From NCBI GenBank assembly GCA_009914755.4, contig CP068257.2:22400001-22464000 (forward strand): a stretch of DNA of 64,000 nucleotides. Direction: 5' to 3'. Numbering within the stretch: position 1 is the first letter of the stretch; the number at the start of each line of letters is the position of its first letter. The notes under the pieces are model-generated. The model was not told the DNA's origin. It was given only the letters and a program-made list of their open reading frames with translations, and did no database searches. Below are positions 39,340 to 52,600 of the stretch, piece by piece. A program made the position numbers and the translations under genes. The stretch comes from the human T2T-CHM13v2.0 reference genome, Homo sapiens.

Positions 39340-39772
39340 TGCAGACTATTTGCCGCACACTGAATTATGTACTCCATCCCTCAAAGAGATGTTGGAGTCC
39401 TAATCCCGAGAACCTCAGATTGTATTTGAAGATACCATTTTTACAGATGTAATCAAATTTAAATGAAATCATTAGGGTGTGTCGTAATACAATGTAATTG
39501 GAATGACTGGTATAAAAAGGGGAAATTTGGGCACTGAGATAGACACACCCAGAGGCAGGATAACATGAAAAGACACAGAGAGAAGATGGCCATGAACAAG
39601 TCAAGGATAGAGGACTGGAACGGGTCTTGTCCTCACATTCTCAGGAGAAACCAATCCTGATGAAACCTTGATTTTGAACTTCAAGACTCCAAAACTGTGA
39701 GACAATAAGTTTCTGTTAAGTGGCTTGATTTGTGGTGCTTTGTTAAGGCAGCCCAAGTAAACCAATACATGA
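39340..39772 (+). mobile_element. MLT1-type (ERVL-MaLR) solo LTR
   Basis: ...gagatgttggagtcctaatcccgagaacctcagattgtatttgaagataccatttttacagatgtaatcaaatttaaatgaaatcattagggtgtg ... gacacacccagaggcaggataacatgaaaagacacagagagaagatggccatgaacaagtcaaggatagaggactggaacg ... ccttgattttgaacttcaagactccaaaactgtgagacaataagtttctgttaagtggcttgatttgtggtgctttgttaaggcagcccaagtaaaccaatacat. This follows the MLT1 consensus layout (...ggagatagggcctttaaagaggtaattaagttaaatgaggtcataagggtggg ... cttgatcttggacttccagcctccagaactgtgagaaaataaatttctgttgtttaagcc...). The ORF at 39365-39604 (-) is spurious. Confidence 0.7.
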
Positions 39773-41537
39773 TTCTTGTCAAATAAAACAAGTTTAAATA
39801 TGATTATATCATATTAAAAATTAAGTTGGCAATCAAAAGGACTAATTATAAGGAAAAAGTAATTTATTGGGAAATTACTCTCCTTTTAGTTATTTCCTGT
39901 TAGTTAAAGGAAAGTTAATAAAATAATGAATTTTTATTTTTTGAAATTGATATAAATGATGGTTCTTGATATAAATGGTGCTTATTCATAGACATGAAAA
40001 GCATCCATCCCCACATACCATAATTTACATATTAAAATCTAGAAAGCACTAGATTATATGTTGCCATGTTGAAGGAGCTTCTTTCAATTTTCTTCATTTT
40101 TAAACATATTTCCCCATTTATTGAATTTAGCATTATAGAAAATAATTTTCAAACTTGTTAGCATCAAATCCTTGGTGATTATTTTCTGAAAATCATAAAG
40201 TACATGGAGTCTGTATGAAATCTCATTGAGAGATTAAAAAAATATCGAAATGCTTAGGTGCTGTTTTACCACCTTTTCTTTCTCTTCTTACTTTTATTAC
40301 TCATCTTCAATATAAAACCCCTTGGGCTTTTAAAAACTCTTTGATGTATATATTCATCCTTGAACCCACCCCAGCAGACAATAATCTCCACTTCTCTTTA
40401 TATTGCATTCACTTTCATTCGACTATTTGATTTTCATGCTCAAATTCTCTGAAGGAAATGTTTTTTTCATATTTCATTAGGTGATATTGCATGAGTGAAT
40501 TCACATCCAACATTCCTTTTTAATTCTGAGTTTATAACATCGTAAGTGCCTAGATAATTTCCCTTTTATTATTATCTCTTAATCTCTTAAGGTATTAATT
40601 ATTTTCAAATGTCCTCTCTTCCCAGCTTTCTTAATTAGAATTTTACTGTGATTTATTTTTTAGCTTGATATTAACCTTAAATTAATTTTTTGCTATTTTT
40701 CCAAAGGAGTAAGAAGGGACATAAATATAACTTCTGAAGTCAGTAATCTTTGTTTATTACTGATATAAACAAAGAATATATCCACAAGAAAAATCTTATC
40801 TACTTATTTTTATGGTATCATGTTCAGGCCAGAGGTGAGAGCTTTTGCTCAGATAACTTGTAACTTTTCACCTTGGAGGTTTGACTCCAAGTTTTTCTCT
40901 ATTGCTGACACCTGCAGATATGAAGTATAAGCAGGACTATAAAATGGACACACACATACAAATAAATAAAAAAGATTACTTGGTATTCTGTCTGTTTCAC
41001 AAATCCAGCTTATGTGTGCCTTTCACTTTTTAGTCATTTTAAAGCTCTGTAAATTGTAGAAAATTGACAATTCAACTGATATTTATCTACGGAAACACTA
41101 AATAGTTGTGTACAATTGATTATTGCCTGTGGATAGACCAGTTTGTGCATCCATTAATAAATTAATTTTACCATTCTGGAATGCATACAAATGTGAATAT
41201 TCTAATTTTGCTTTGAACTAGTTGTAACATCTTACTGGTTTCTTTGTTAATTCATGAATAAAATACAATCACTGATGTGTTCTTTTAATATTTATGTGTG
41301 TCATGATTATGCCCTCTTTAAGAAAATTATCCTTTAAAGAAAGGCAAGGCTTCACCTTATATTAAGACAAGTCACTTTGACCTATGGAAACATGTTAGCC
41401 ATGGATGATTCATAATTTTTCCTGCAATTCAATTTCCTGTAATTCCCTTCTCCTAGTGGCCTCTACCCCTGTGCCAGAAGGTAGACAGATTTCAACTGTC
41501 CAACCATTATGAAAAGCTTCAATCACTTTTGACATTA

Positions 41538-41605
41538 GAGAGAGAGAGGGAGAAAGAGAAAGTGTGTGCATGTATGTGTGTGTGTTGGCATGTATCTGTG
41601 TACGT
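41538..41605. repeat. GA/GT-rich simple repeat
   Basis: agagagagagggagaaagagaaagtgtgtgcatgtatgtgtgtgtgttggcatgtatctgtgtacgtgc. Confidence 0.6.
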
Positions 41606-42593
41606 GCTTTTACTTGTTACTGAAAAGTATTAGGAGAGATGAAAGAGTATTTTACAAAAGCTACTCCAATTATACAATCTCGTAAAATTCCAGTCGATTT
41701 TACTGGTTTCTTCTAAAACGTTTATTGAAATCCTACCAAAGGAGTCATCTTTCCTTTCTGACCTCTACCGCAAAGCAATCAGTCTTGCCCAAGATTTTCT
41801 CCATTTTCCCTTCTATCTAATCCTTCAATCTTTATTATGTAACTTTCTCCTCTAGTCAAAAACTTAAAGCCAGCCCAATTTCCAAACTCTGGAGGCTTCA
41901 TGCATCCCATGGAGAGTTTGTGCAAGCATCTTCCAACAAAGATGTAGTGTTCTTCACAGAGGTAAAATTCACTAGAATGTAGTTTCCAGCAGTTAGCTTT
42001 TTACAGACTCATCCTTAGTTTTGTGTGTCATTTACTCCATTTTTCTTAGTAACAACATTTATTGCAGAAGCAACACCAATTCATGCCACTGAGCCAGGTT
42101 TGAGATAATGAGTACTTCCCCATGCAACAGAATGGTTGTCAAACTGATATTTAGCATTTCTTTTTTAATAAGGATATTTACATTGATTCTTTTTAATGAC
42201 TTAAAAAATACTTCTATTTAGTGGATGAGGAATGTCATCAAAATATCATTCTATCATCTTTCCTTTACTCTCCTGCCTCCCTCTTTCCATTAAGTCTCTA
42301 AGAGGTGTCGATTCTGGCTCTCACATATCTCACAGAAACTACTCCGTCTTTCCGTCTTCATCTGCCACTTCATGAAACCAGGCCATCTAGATTTTGCTAC
42401 CTGTCCTCCTGTATATATCTTTCCGTAGCTCTTCAGGTGCTATTGTCAATAATTTTCTGGGTTCTACTTTTCTAAAATACATAGTTCAGACTTTTTCATG
42501 TGATATATAAAGCCCTTCATGTCATCTTATTTCCATTCCTCTGTTTGTCTACCCAAATTGACTTGCTTTCTATTTCTTCAGTGTATCACAGTT

Positions 42594-42920
42594 AAAGTTA
42601 AAATGGAGATGGGAGGCTGGGCGTGGTGGCTCTCCCCTGTAATCCCAGCACTTTGGGAGGCCGAGATGGGTGGATCATCTGAGGTCGGGAGTTCGAGACC
42701 AGCCTGACCAAAATGGAGAAACCCCGTCTCTACTGAAAATACAAAATTAGCCAGGTGTGGTGGCTGCATGCCTCTAATCCCAGCTACTTAGGAAGGCTGA
42801 GGCAGGAAGAGCGAAATTCTGTCTTAAAAAAAAAAAAAAAAAAAAGAAGAGATGGGATTAGTACTTTCTTCTGAATAGTACCTTAGAAGAAGGTACTAAT
42901 CCCATCTCCATTTTAACTTT
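42594..42920. repeat. Near-perfect palindrome with stems of about 38 nt and a loop of about 8 nt, interrupted by an Alu insertion in the left stem
   Basis: The left stem, aaagttaaaatggagatggga|[Alu+TSD]|ttagtactttcttctgaa, is the reverse complement of the right stem ttagaagaaggtactaatcccatctccattttaacttt, with 2 mismatches. The loop is atagtacc. See the finding. Confidence 0.8.
42615..42845 (+). mobile_element. Alu SINE with a right-arm internal deletion and a 20-A tail. The TSD is gagatggga.
   Basis: ggctgggcgtggtggctctcccctgtaatcccagcactttgggaggccgagatgggtggatcatctgaggtcgggagttcgagaccagcctgaccaaaatggagaaaccccgtctctactgaaaatacaaaattagccaggtgtggtggctgcatgcctctaatcccagctacttaggaaggctgaggcaggaagagcgaaattctgtctt plus a poly(A) tail. 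The TSD gagatggga sits at 42606-42614 and 42849-42857. The ORFs at 42519-42769 are Alu-derived. Confidence 0.9.
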
Positions 42921-42925
42921 GACCC

Positions 42926-42985
42926 AGAGAGGTTAAGTACCTGTCCCCAGATCACACAGGTAGAAAGAGCACCCAGTCCTAATAC
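42926..42985 (+). mobile_element. MIR SINE core fragment
   Basis: agagaggttaagtacctgtccccagatcacacaggtagaaagagcacccagtcctaatac, compared with the MIR core agaggttaagtaacttgcccaaggtcacacagctagtaagtggcagagccaggatt. Confidence 0.55.
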
Positions 42986-43039
42986 TTCCAACTCGTCACA
43001 ACTTTCTTCACTTTTCAAATCACTTTTACAAAGACAGAC

Positions 43040-46000
43040 AGTGACCAGAGGAAAAAAATGGCAAATAGGCAGCAGAACGAACTTGCAGTTCCCACTCAGA
43101 CAAAAAGAACAGCATGTGGAGTTTCGCATTGTGAACTTTTGCTCCAAGAACTACTGCAGGAACATAACAGAAAAGCTGAGAAAATTCACAGTGCTTTTGA
43201 AAAAAGTGGCTTGCCACTGCAGTCTCCATGAGACAGCCAAAAAACTGAGTGCCCAAAGTATGAGAGGAAGAATGTCCACCCCCAAACACACATCCTCACT
43301 AGGGAAGCTGAAGGTCCAGATCACGGGAGAAAGATTTGGCCTTACCTGGAGCCAAGATGAAGTTAGAGTTGAGCAAAATACAGGGGTAGAGGAAGCAGCA
43401 GGAAGAGCCCTGTGGGCACTCTTGGTCCCCAGGGAATGCATTTCTGACTTTGCCTCCCAGGGGTCCTTGGTCAGGGCTGCCAGTTGAATTAGGGAAAGAC
43501 CACAGGGAGAAAGAAACTTTCAGCTGAATTTTGTAACAATTTTGACCAAACACGAATTTTCCTGGACAGAATCTGGGATGGGGGTGAATGGAGGGTGCAG
43601 ATACAAGCACAGAAACCATGGCAGGTGGGGAGGCGTGAAGCCTGAAATCCCTGCTTGCTTTCTCAGCAGGGAGTCTTGTAGCCTTGGGCAAGATCTCAGC
43701 CTTGCTCACTGGCTGCCTGGAAATAAACTCAGTGCTGTTAGGGGGACATGGTGGAGGTGAGACTAGCCCTTTGGGCTGCCTGAGTGCTGGGTGAGGCCTG
43801 TCACTGCTGACTTTCCCCCACTTCCCTGGCAACCTGTATGACACAGCAGAGGCAGCCATAATTCCCCTGGGAACATATTCCATCAGCCCGAGAACCACAC
43901 CCTGATGCTCCTCAGCCGCCACAGCATGCCCTGCCCAAGGAGAGTCTGAACTCAGACATGCCTAACCCTGCCCCTACCTGATGGTCTTTCTCTACCTGCC
44001 CTGATAGCTGAAGACAAAGGACATACTCTCTTGGAAGCTCTGTGGCCTCATTCACCACCTGAGAAACCTGAATACTTATCCAGGTGACCCTAAGACAAGC
44101 TTGCATCCTCCTTATACTAGGGCAGCTGATGCTCCCTTGAAAGGGCCACCTCCTGGCTTGAAGCCAACCAACACAAAACCAGTGCACTAACCAAAACTAC
44201 AACCAAGACCCTCACAGAGTCCACTTCACTCCCCTGCTACTTCCACCAGAGCAGGTGCTGCTATCCATGGCTGAGAGATCTAAACATGGATCACACCACA
44301 GGACTCTTGCAGACACTCCCAAGTACCAGAGCCTAGTAGCTCCACCAGGTGGCTAGACCCAGAAGAGCAAAAACAATCACTACAGTTCAGCTCTCAGGAA
44401 GCCCTCCCTAGTGGAAGGGTGACAGCACCACGTCAAAGGAAGACATCTTGGGACAAAAGAATCTGAACAACAGCCATTGAGCCCCAGATCTACTCTCTGA
44501 CATAGTCTACCAAAAATAGAAGGAACCAGAATAACAATTCTGGTAATATGACAAAACAAGGTTATTTAACAGCCCCAAAAGATCACACTAGCTCACCGTC
44601 AATGAATCCAAACCAAGAAGAAATTTCTAAGCTGCCAGGAAAAGAATTCAGAAGGTTGATTATTAAGCTACTCAAGGAGACATCAGAGAAAGGTGAATAC
44701 CAACTTAAAGAAATCAAAAAAAATGATACAGAAAATGATATGGATAGAAAATCTCCAGGTAAATAGACAGCATAAATTTTTAAAAAATCGCAATTTCTAG
44801 AAATAAAGGATCCACTTAGAGAACTACAAAATACACTGGAAGTCTCAGCAATAAAATTAAACAAGTGGAAGAAAGAACTTAGAGCTCAAAGACAAGTCTT
44901 TTGAATTAATCCAATCCAACAAAGATAAAGAAAAAGGAATAAAAAATGAACAAAGCCTCCAAGAAATTCGGGATTATGTTAAATGACCAAACCTAGGAAT
45001 AATTTCTGTGCCTGAGGAAGAAGAGAAAACTAGAAGTTTGGAAAACATATTTGAAAGAATAATGGAGGAAAATGTCCCTGGCCTCAATAGAGATCTAGAC
45101 ATCCAAATACAGCAAGCTCAAAGAACACCTGGGAAATTCATCACAAAAGCATCTTTGCCTAGGCACATCAGGTGATCTAAAGTCAAGATGAAAGAGAATC
45201 TTAAGAGTTGTGAGGCAAAAGCAACAGGTAATCTATAAAGGAAAACCTATCAGAATAACAGCAAATTTCTCAGCAGAAACCCTATAAGCTAGAAGGAATT
45301 GGGGTTCTATCTTTAGTCTCCTTAAACAAAACAATTATCAGCCAAGAATTTTGTATCCAGTGAAACTAAGCTTCCTAAATAAAGGAAAGATACAGTATTT
45401 TTCAGACAAACAAATGCTGAGAGAATTCACCCCTACCAAGCCAACACTACAAGAACTGTTAAAAGGAGCTCTAAATCTTTCAACAAATCTTTGAAATACA
45501 TCAAAATTGAACCTCCTTAAAGCCTACATCTCACAAGACCTATAAAATAATAACTCAAGGGGAAAAAAAAGAAGGTATTCAGGAAACAACTAGAAGAATT
45601 AATAGAATAATAACTCACTTCTCAATACTAACCTTGAATGTAAACAGCCTAAATGTTCCATTTAAAAGATACAGACTGGCAGGATGAATAAGAATTTACC
45701 AAGCAAGTTTCTGCTGTCTTTAAGAGACTCACCTAACACATAAGGACTCACATAAGGTAAAGGACTGAAAAAGATATTCCATGCAAATGCATACCAAAAG
45801 CAAGAAGGAGTAGCTATTCTTATGTCAGACAAATAAACTTTAAAGCAACAACAGTTTAAGAAAGACAAAGAGGGACACTATATAATGATAAAAGGACTAG
45901 ACTGACAGGAAAATATCATAATCTTAAATATGTATGTACCTAACACTGGAGCTCCCAAATTTATAAAACAATTACTACTAGATAGTGGGGGACTTCACTA

Positions 46001-49000
46001 ATCCACGGACTGCACTAGACAGGTCATGAAGACAGAAGGTCAACAAAGAAACAATGAACTTAAACTATATCCTAGAACAAATGGACTTAACAGATATTAC
46101 AGAATATTCTACCCCCATACTGAAGAATACACATTCTACTCATTAGCACATTGAACATTCTCCAATATAGACCATATGATAGGCCACAAGGTAAGTTTCA
46201 ATAAATTTAAGATAATTGAAATTATATCAAGTACTCTCTCAGACCATAGTAAAATAAAATTGGAAATCAACTCCAGAAGGAACCTTAAGACCATGCAAAT
46301 ACATGAAAATCGAATAACCTGCTTCTAAATGATCATTGGGTCAACAATAAAATCAAGATGAAAATTAAAAAAATTTTTTGAACTGAACAATAATAGTGAC
46401 ACAACCTGTCAAAATCTCTGGGATACAGCAAAGGCAGTGCTAAGAGAAAATTTTATAGCCCAAAATGCCTCCATAAAAAAGTCTGAAAGAGAAGAGGTAG
46501 TCAATCTAAGGTCACACCTCAAGAACCTACAGAAACAAGAACAAACCAAACCCAAGCCAAGCAGAAGAAAAGAAGTAACAAAGATCAGAAAACTAAATGA
46601 AGTTAAAACAAACAAACAAAAAAATGCAAAAGATAAATGAAACATAAAGCTGCTTATTTGAAAAGATAAATAAAATTGATAGAACATTAGTGAGATTAAC
46701 CAATATAAGAAGAGAGAAGATCCAGATAAGCTCAATTAGAAATGAAATGGTACATATAATCAATAACACAGAAATACAAAAGATTATTCAAGCCTATTAT
46801 GAACATCTTTATGAGCATAAACAAAAAACCTAGAGAAGATGAATAAATTCCTGAAAATGTACACCCCTTCTAGATTAAACCAGGAAGAAATAGAAACTGA
46901 ACAGACCAATAACAAGCAGGAAGACTGAAATGGTAATATAAAAAACTTGTCAATAAAAGTTCAGGACCGGAAAGATTCAAAGCTGAATTCTATTAGACAC
47001 TCAAAGAAGAATTGGTACCAATTCTGTTGGCATTATTCCAAGAGACAGAGAAAGAGGGATTCCTACCTAAATCATTCGATGAAGCCAGTATCACCCTAAT
47101 ACCAAAACCAGGAAAGGACATAACAACAAAAGTAAACTACAGACCAATATCCCTTATGAACTTATAATAGATACAAAAATTCTCAACAAAATACTAGCCA
47201 ATCAAAACCAACAGCATATCAAAAAGATAATCCACCATGATCAAGTGGGTTTCATATCAGGGATGAGGGGCTGGTTCAACTTACATAAGTCAAAAAATGT
47301 GATACGACACATAAACAGAATTAAGAACAAAGATCACATGATCATCTCAATAGACGCAGAAAAAAATTGACAAAATCAAGCATCCTTTCATGATTACAAT
47401 CCTCAGGAAAATTGGCATAGAGGGTACATACCTTAAGGTAATAAAAACCATTTATGACAAACCCACAGCCAACACTGTACTGAATGGGGAAAGGTTCAAA
47501 GCATTCCCCCTGAGAACTGGAACAAGACAAGGATGCCCTCTTTCACCACATGAATTCACCATAGTACAGGAAGTCCTAGCCAGAGCAATCAGACAAAAAG
47601 AAAGAAATAAAGGGTATCCAAATTGGTAAAAAAGAAGTCAAACTGTTGCTGTTGACATATGATATAATTGTATAGCTAGAAAACCCTAAAGACTCATTCA
47701 AACTCCTAGAACTGATAAATGAATTTAGTAAAGTTTCAGGATAAAAAGAAATGTACACAAATCAGCAGCAATGCTGTACACCAGCAGCTAGCAAGCTGAG
47801 AATCAAATCAAGAACTCGACCCCTTTCACAATTAGCTGCAAAACAAACAAACAAACAAACATCACCACCACCACAAACAGCAACAAAAACTTAGGAATAT
47901 ACCTAACCAAGTATGTGAAAGACTTCTAAAAGGAAAACTACAAAACACTGCTGGAAGAAATCATAGATGACACAAAAAAATGTAAACACATCCCATGCTC
48001 ATGTATGGGTAAAATAAATATTGTCAAAATGACCATACTACCAAAAGCAATCTATAAATTCAATGCAATTCCCATCAAAATACCACCATCATTCTTCACA
48101 GGACTAGAAAGAAAAATCCTGAAATTCATACAGAACCAATGAGGAGCCTGCATGGCCAAAGCAAGACTAGGCAAGAAAAGAAAATCTGGAGGCATTACAT
48201 TATCCAACTTCAAACTGTAGTATCAGACCATAGTCACCAAAACAGCATGGTACCAGTATAAAAACAGTCATACAGACCAATGGAACAGAATAGAGATCCC
48301 AGAAATAAATCCAAGTACTTACAGTAAACTAATCTTTGACAAAAGAAACAAAAACATGAAGTGGAGAAAGGACACCCTATTCAACAAATGGTGCTGGGAT
48401 ATTTAGCAAGCAACATATAGAATGAAACTGGATCATTGTCTATCACCTTACACAAATATCAACTCGAGATGAACCAAAGACTTAAATCTAAGACCTGAAA
48501 CCATAAAAATTCTAGAAGATAACATTTGAAAAAACCTTGTAGACATTGACTTAGGCAAAGACTTCATGCCCAAGACCCCAAAAGTAAACACAACAAAACG
48601 AAAGAGAAACAGATGGAACTTAATTAAACTAAAAAGCTCTGCACAGCAAAAGAAATAATCAGCACAGTAAACACACAACTCACAGTGTGAGAAAATCTTC
48701 TGAAATTATGCATTGACAAAGGATTAATATTGATAATTTACAAGGAACTCAAATCAGCAAGAAAACAAACAAACAAACAAACAATCCCATCAAAAAGTGG
48801 GCTAAGAACATGAATAGACAATTCTCAAAAAAGATATACAAATGGCCAACAAATACATGAAAAAACACTCAACATCACTAATTATAAGGGAAATGCAAAT
48901 CAAAGCCATAATGTGATACTACCTTACTCCTGCAAGAATGATCACAATCAAAAAATCAAAAAATAATAGGTGTTGGCATGGATGTGATTAAAACGGAACA

Positions 49001-49642
49001 CTGTTACACCACTGGTTGGAAAGTAAACTAGTACAACCACTATGGAAAACAGTGTTCAGATTTCTTAACAGACTAAAAGTAGATCTACCATTTGATGCAG
49101 CAATCCCACTACTGGGTATATACCCAGAGGAAAAGAAGCCATTATGTGAAAAAGTTACCTGCACACACATGTTTACAGCAGCACAATTCACAATTGCAAA
49201 ATTTTGGAACAAGCCCAAAGGCCTATCAATTAATGTGTGAATAAAGAAAATGTAGTATATATTTACCATGGAATACTACTCAGCCATAAGAAAAAAATGA
49301 AATAGTGGCAGATACAGCAACCCGGATAGAATTGGAGAAGTAACCCAGGACTGGAAAACCAAAAATCATATGTTCTCACTCATAAGTGGGAACTAAGCTG
49401 TGAGGATGCAAAGTATAAGAAGGATACAATAGACTTTGGGGACACAGGAGAAAGGGTGGGAGTTGGGAGATGGATAAAAGTCTACACATTGTGTACAGTG
49501 TACACTGCTTGGGTGACGTGTGCACCAAAATATCAGAAATCTCCACTAAAGAATTTATCCATGTAACCAAACACCACCTGTTCCCCAGAAACCTATTGAA
49601 ATAAAGAATAAAATCAAAAATACATAAGGAAATAAATAAACG
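43040..49642 (+). mobile_element. Near-full-length LINE-1 (about 6.6 kb), old subfamily (L1PB/L1MA-like), heavily degenerate: 5'UTR, ORF1, ORF2 and 3' end in order
   Basis: ORF1 start at 44548 is of the old-L1 type: MTKQGYLTAPKDHTSSPSMNPNQEEISKLPGKEFRRLIIKLLKETSEKGEYQLKEIK. ORF1 body: ...KNEQSLQEIRDYVK-PNLGIISVPEEEEKTRSLENIFERIMEENVPGL... The ORF2 endonuclease region begins at about 45610 (...LNVNSLNVPFKRYRLAG...). RT motifs are present: 46437-46640 gives ...[24 protein letters not shown], and 47390-47629 gives ...[46 protein letters not shown]. The ORF2 C-terminus at 49016-49240 gives ...[20 protein letters not shown]...[12 protein letters not shown]. The 3' end is ...ccatgtaaccaaacaccacctgttcccc...gaaataaagaataaaatcaaaaatacataaggaaataaataaacg. 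There are many stops and frameshifts. The 5' boundary is uncertain by 100 bp or more. The ORFs at 43041-43487 (+) and 43299-43922 (-) lie in the presumed 5'UTR and are not coding. Confidence 0.9.
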
Positions 49643-52600
49643 TCTTCATTGTACAAGGCCCTCCTCTTGACACCAGACTTTCAAACATGCTATGTTTTCT
49701 ACGTGGAAGACGATGCTTTCCTTCTTGATTGACTTACCTTAGACTGCCGTCAGTTATCAGCTGAAAGGTTACTACATCAAGGAAACAACCATTCATTCTT
49801 TTCAGGGACTCTTGCTTTATACTCTCTCCACTAGAACTTTTCACTATAACTTGTCTGTTTAATTTTCTGTCTTAGTTACTTCACTGAGTCTTCTGGGAAA
49901 GAAGGAACCTGGTCTAACTTCCTTACGATTGTTTCCCGGCACCTAGCACAGTATGTGACACACAGTGACGTTAATAAAGATTTTCTGAATCCATCAATGT
50001 ACATAATCATAGGTAATAAACAAAATATCACAAAGCTGAAAATACTGTGTATAAATAAACATAAGAAAGATCTGCTGACTTACAAGTACCTAAACATGTA
50101 CTTTAATACAAATAACCTCTTCTTATATTACCTAGACAATTTACATAATTTTAATACAATATTGGAACTGAGTGAGAACGTAGCTACTTTTTCATACAAG
50201 GGAGGTAAATTAGTAAAATTATTTTCTAAATATATTTATATGTAGTTACAACATTTGTCACCTTTTTCCTAGTAAATCTGCTTTAGAGAGTACATTCCAA
50301 AAAAAATCAAAAAATTATTTTATTTATGTAGTCAGTTACTGTAGTGTTATCTATAACAATGAAGAATTGAAACAGCTCAAAGGTTTAAAAATAAAAGAAT
50401 ATTGAAAAAGGTCACATATTCGATTCTGTGTAATAAACTATTATGCATGCATAATAATGCAAATTAGCAGGATTATGTACTACCACAGAAAACCGTGCAC
50501 AGAAAAATATGTGGACAACATATAGAATAACTTGATTATAACTATATAAAATTTTTACATGTATATTTAAAGCAGTTTAAAAGTATGTACAAAAGGAAAG
50601 ATTAATTCTTAGCTATGGATGCTCAAATCATTTATTGCTTTTGTCTCCCAGATGTGCCGATTTATTAACACTAAAACCTCGCTTGATGTGAATTTATTCT
50701 AAAGTTTTAAAAGTGATTATTACTTATATTTATGATATTAATCAATGATTCTCATCTCCATGGGAATACCTGTAGTTAATGTCTTTAAAGCATATTTACT
50801 TAAGTGATCTGGAGCACCAAGTTGACATTTCTCTTCTACCATATTGTGGCATTTGATTTCTTTTAAAATTGATTAGGTTGTACATACGTGATTTAGGCCA
50901 TTTTAAATGCATTACGTCTAATATGCCCGTTGGTTTTTAAAGCATTTCTTGGTCAATTCACCATGGGGTCATGTTAGATCAACCAGGTCAGGGCATAAAG
51001 TTCACTATCAATTAGTCTTCATATACTGGAAAATTAATCTTAGTGTTTCCTTCAGCCACATCCAACTTCCACTTTTTTTTCTTTTTTTTCTTTTTTTCAA
51101 ATCTCATTGCTTTACCAGTTTTTCTGTAGAAGCTCTACCAACTGATGTATCACTTTGATCCTCCAGGATGCACATAGAGAAATGAAACCTGAAAGAGACA
51201 GGAAGCCAAATTGGCCACCTAATGGCACCAGACCACAATGCAGAACAGAAACTTATGAAAAGAAATGGGAATAAGCTATTACTGTGCAGAAAGAGGATCA
51301 GACTGTAAGAAATATCTGGCAGGGTATCAGCCAAGCCAGTTGGAAAATCCAGAGCAAAATTACCATTGAGAAGAGTACTGTATTGGAAAAAAAAAAAAAG
51401 TCCAAATCACAGTACTCCATCACAGCTGAGATGCTCGGGCTGCCCAGATGAAGTATAATCTTGGCTTGAAAACCAAGAGGAATCCCAAGGCAACATGCAT
51501 TTAGAGGGTGCCAGCTAAGTGTATTCTTTGTACATGAGAGACAATTTCTTTCTTGAAGCTAGATACCAATGGAGCACCCCTGGCTGCCATACAGTCAGCC
51601 CTAGACTTCTGTCCTGTGTGATTTGACACATTGTTTAGATTTGTTCTTCTCCACTGGTCCTTTGCTTACCATGGTTTTTGGCTCATTCCATAGTTCTCTC
51701 TCTCTGGTCTGTAAATTAAATATGCTCACACTGGTCTCAGAAATTGGTAGCTGCTCTCAATTTACTAGTTTCAACTCAGCCAAATAAATACATGTTTATT
51801 TTGACAAATGAAGAAAGAAACATTGGGACAATAACATTAACACTCTGGCATAAAATTAAATCAAATTAGCCACTGATCACCTTCCACGAGAAGCTGAAAC
51901 TAATATAATAAAAAAAATCCTGGTATCCCTATATGATCTGACATATTTCAAACTATTCACTACCCATCACTATATGTTCTTTATTCCAGAGTCCCTATAT
52001 ATGGAAAAATTACACTTTCTATCTATAACACCAGGGTTGGACATGTGTCTTACTTTATTTAACAAAAAAGTGAGAGAAAATGTTATAACAAAATTCTGAA
52101 GTTATGTTCTGAAAGCTATCACACAGTTTTATTATTAGTCTTAATTTATACATTTTCCTCTTCCACAAGACTAACCAATAGTAGGAGCTCAGATAGGAGT
52201 TGTCTGTCTGATAAGGACAGAAAAATAAAATAATCTGAAACAATCCAACAAACAAAAAACAAAAGCGAACAACAACAAAAAAAACCCTACACAGTTGCCT
52301 CACAATAGATAGGGTGTGAGGTACAAATAAACCTTTGTTCTTTAAGCCACTTAATTTTTTTACAGTTTTCTGCTACTAAAAAATAACCTAGCCTAAGACA
52401 GTCGATGCTTTCCCTGGTCAACCTTGGGGGTTCGGTGTATGTAGTCTAAATGCGTGTCCTTAGGCTAACTGCTTTACATACTATGTTTCATCTATAACAT
52501 AGAATAAGAGTAAGCCTTGGTTTTCATGATAAACAAATGATACAAAACATGTAAATGACTGAGAAGAGTACCTAAAATATAACATATGCTGAATAAGTGC

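Noticed and set aside
43041-43922. The overlapping 148-aa (+) and 207-aa (-) ORFs.
   Set aside because: They lie in the GC-richer presumed 5'UTR of the old L1, immediately upstream of its ORF1 start at 44548. There is no recognisable protein family signal. Their lengths are compatible with chance in GC-rich sequence. The known antisense ORF0 belongs to young L1PA 5'UTRs, which this UTR is not.
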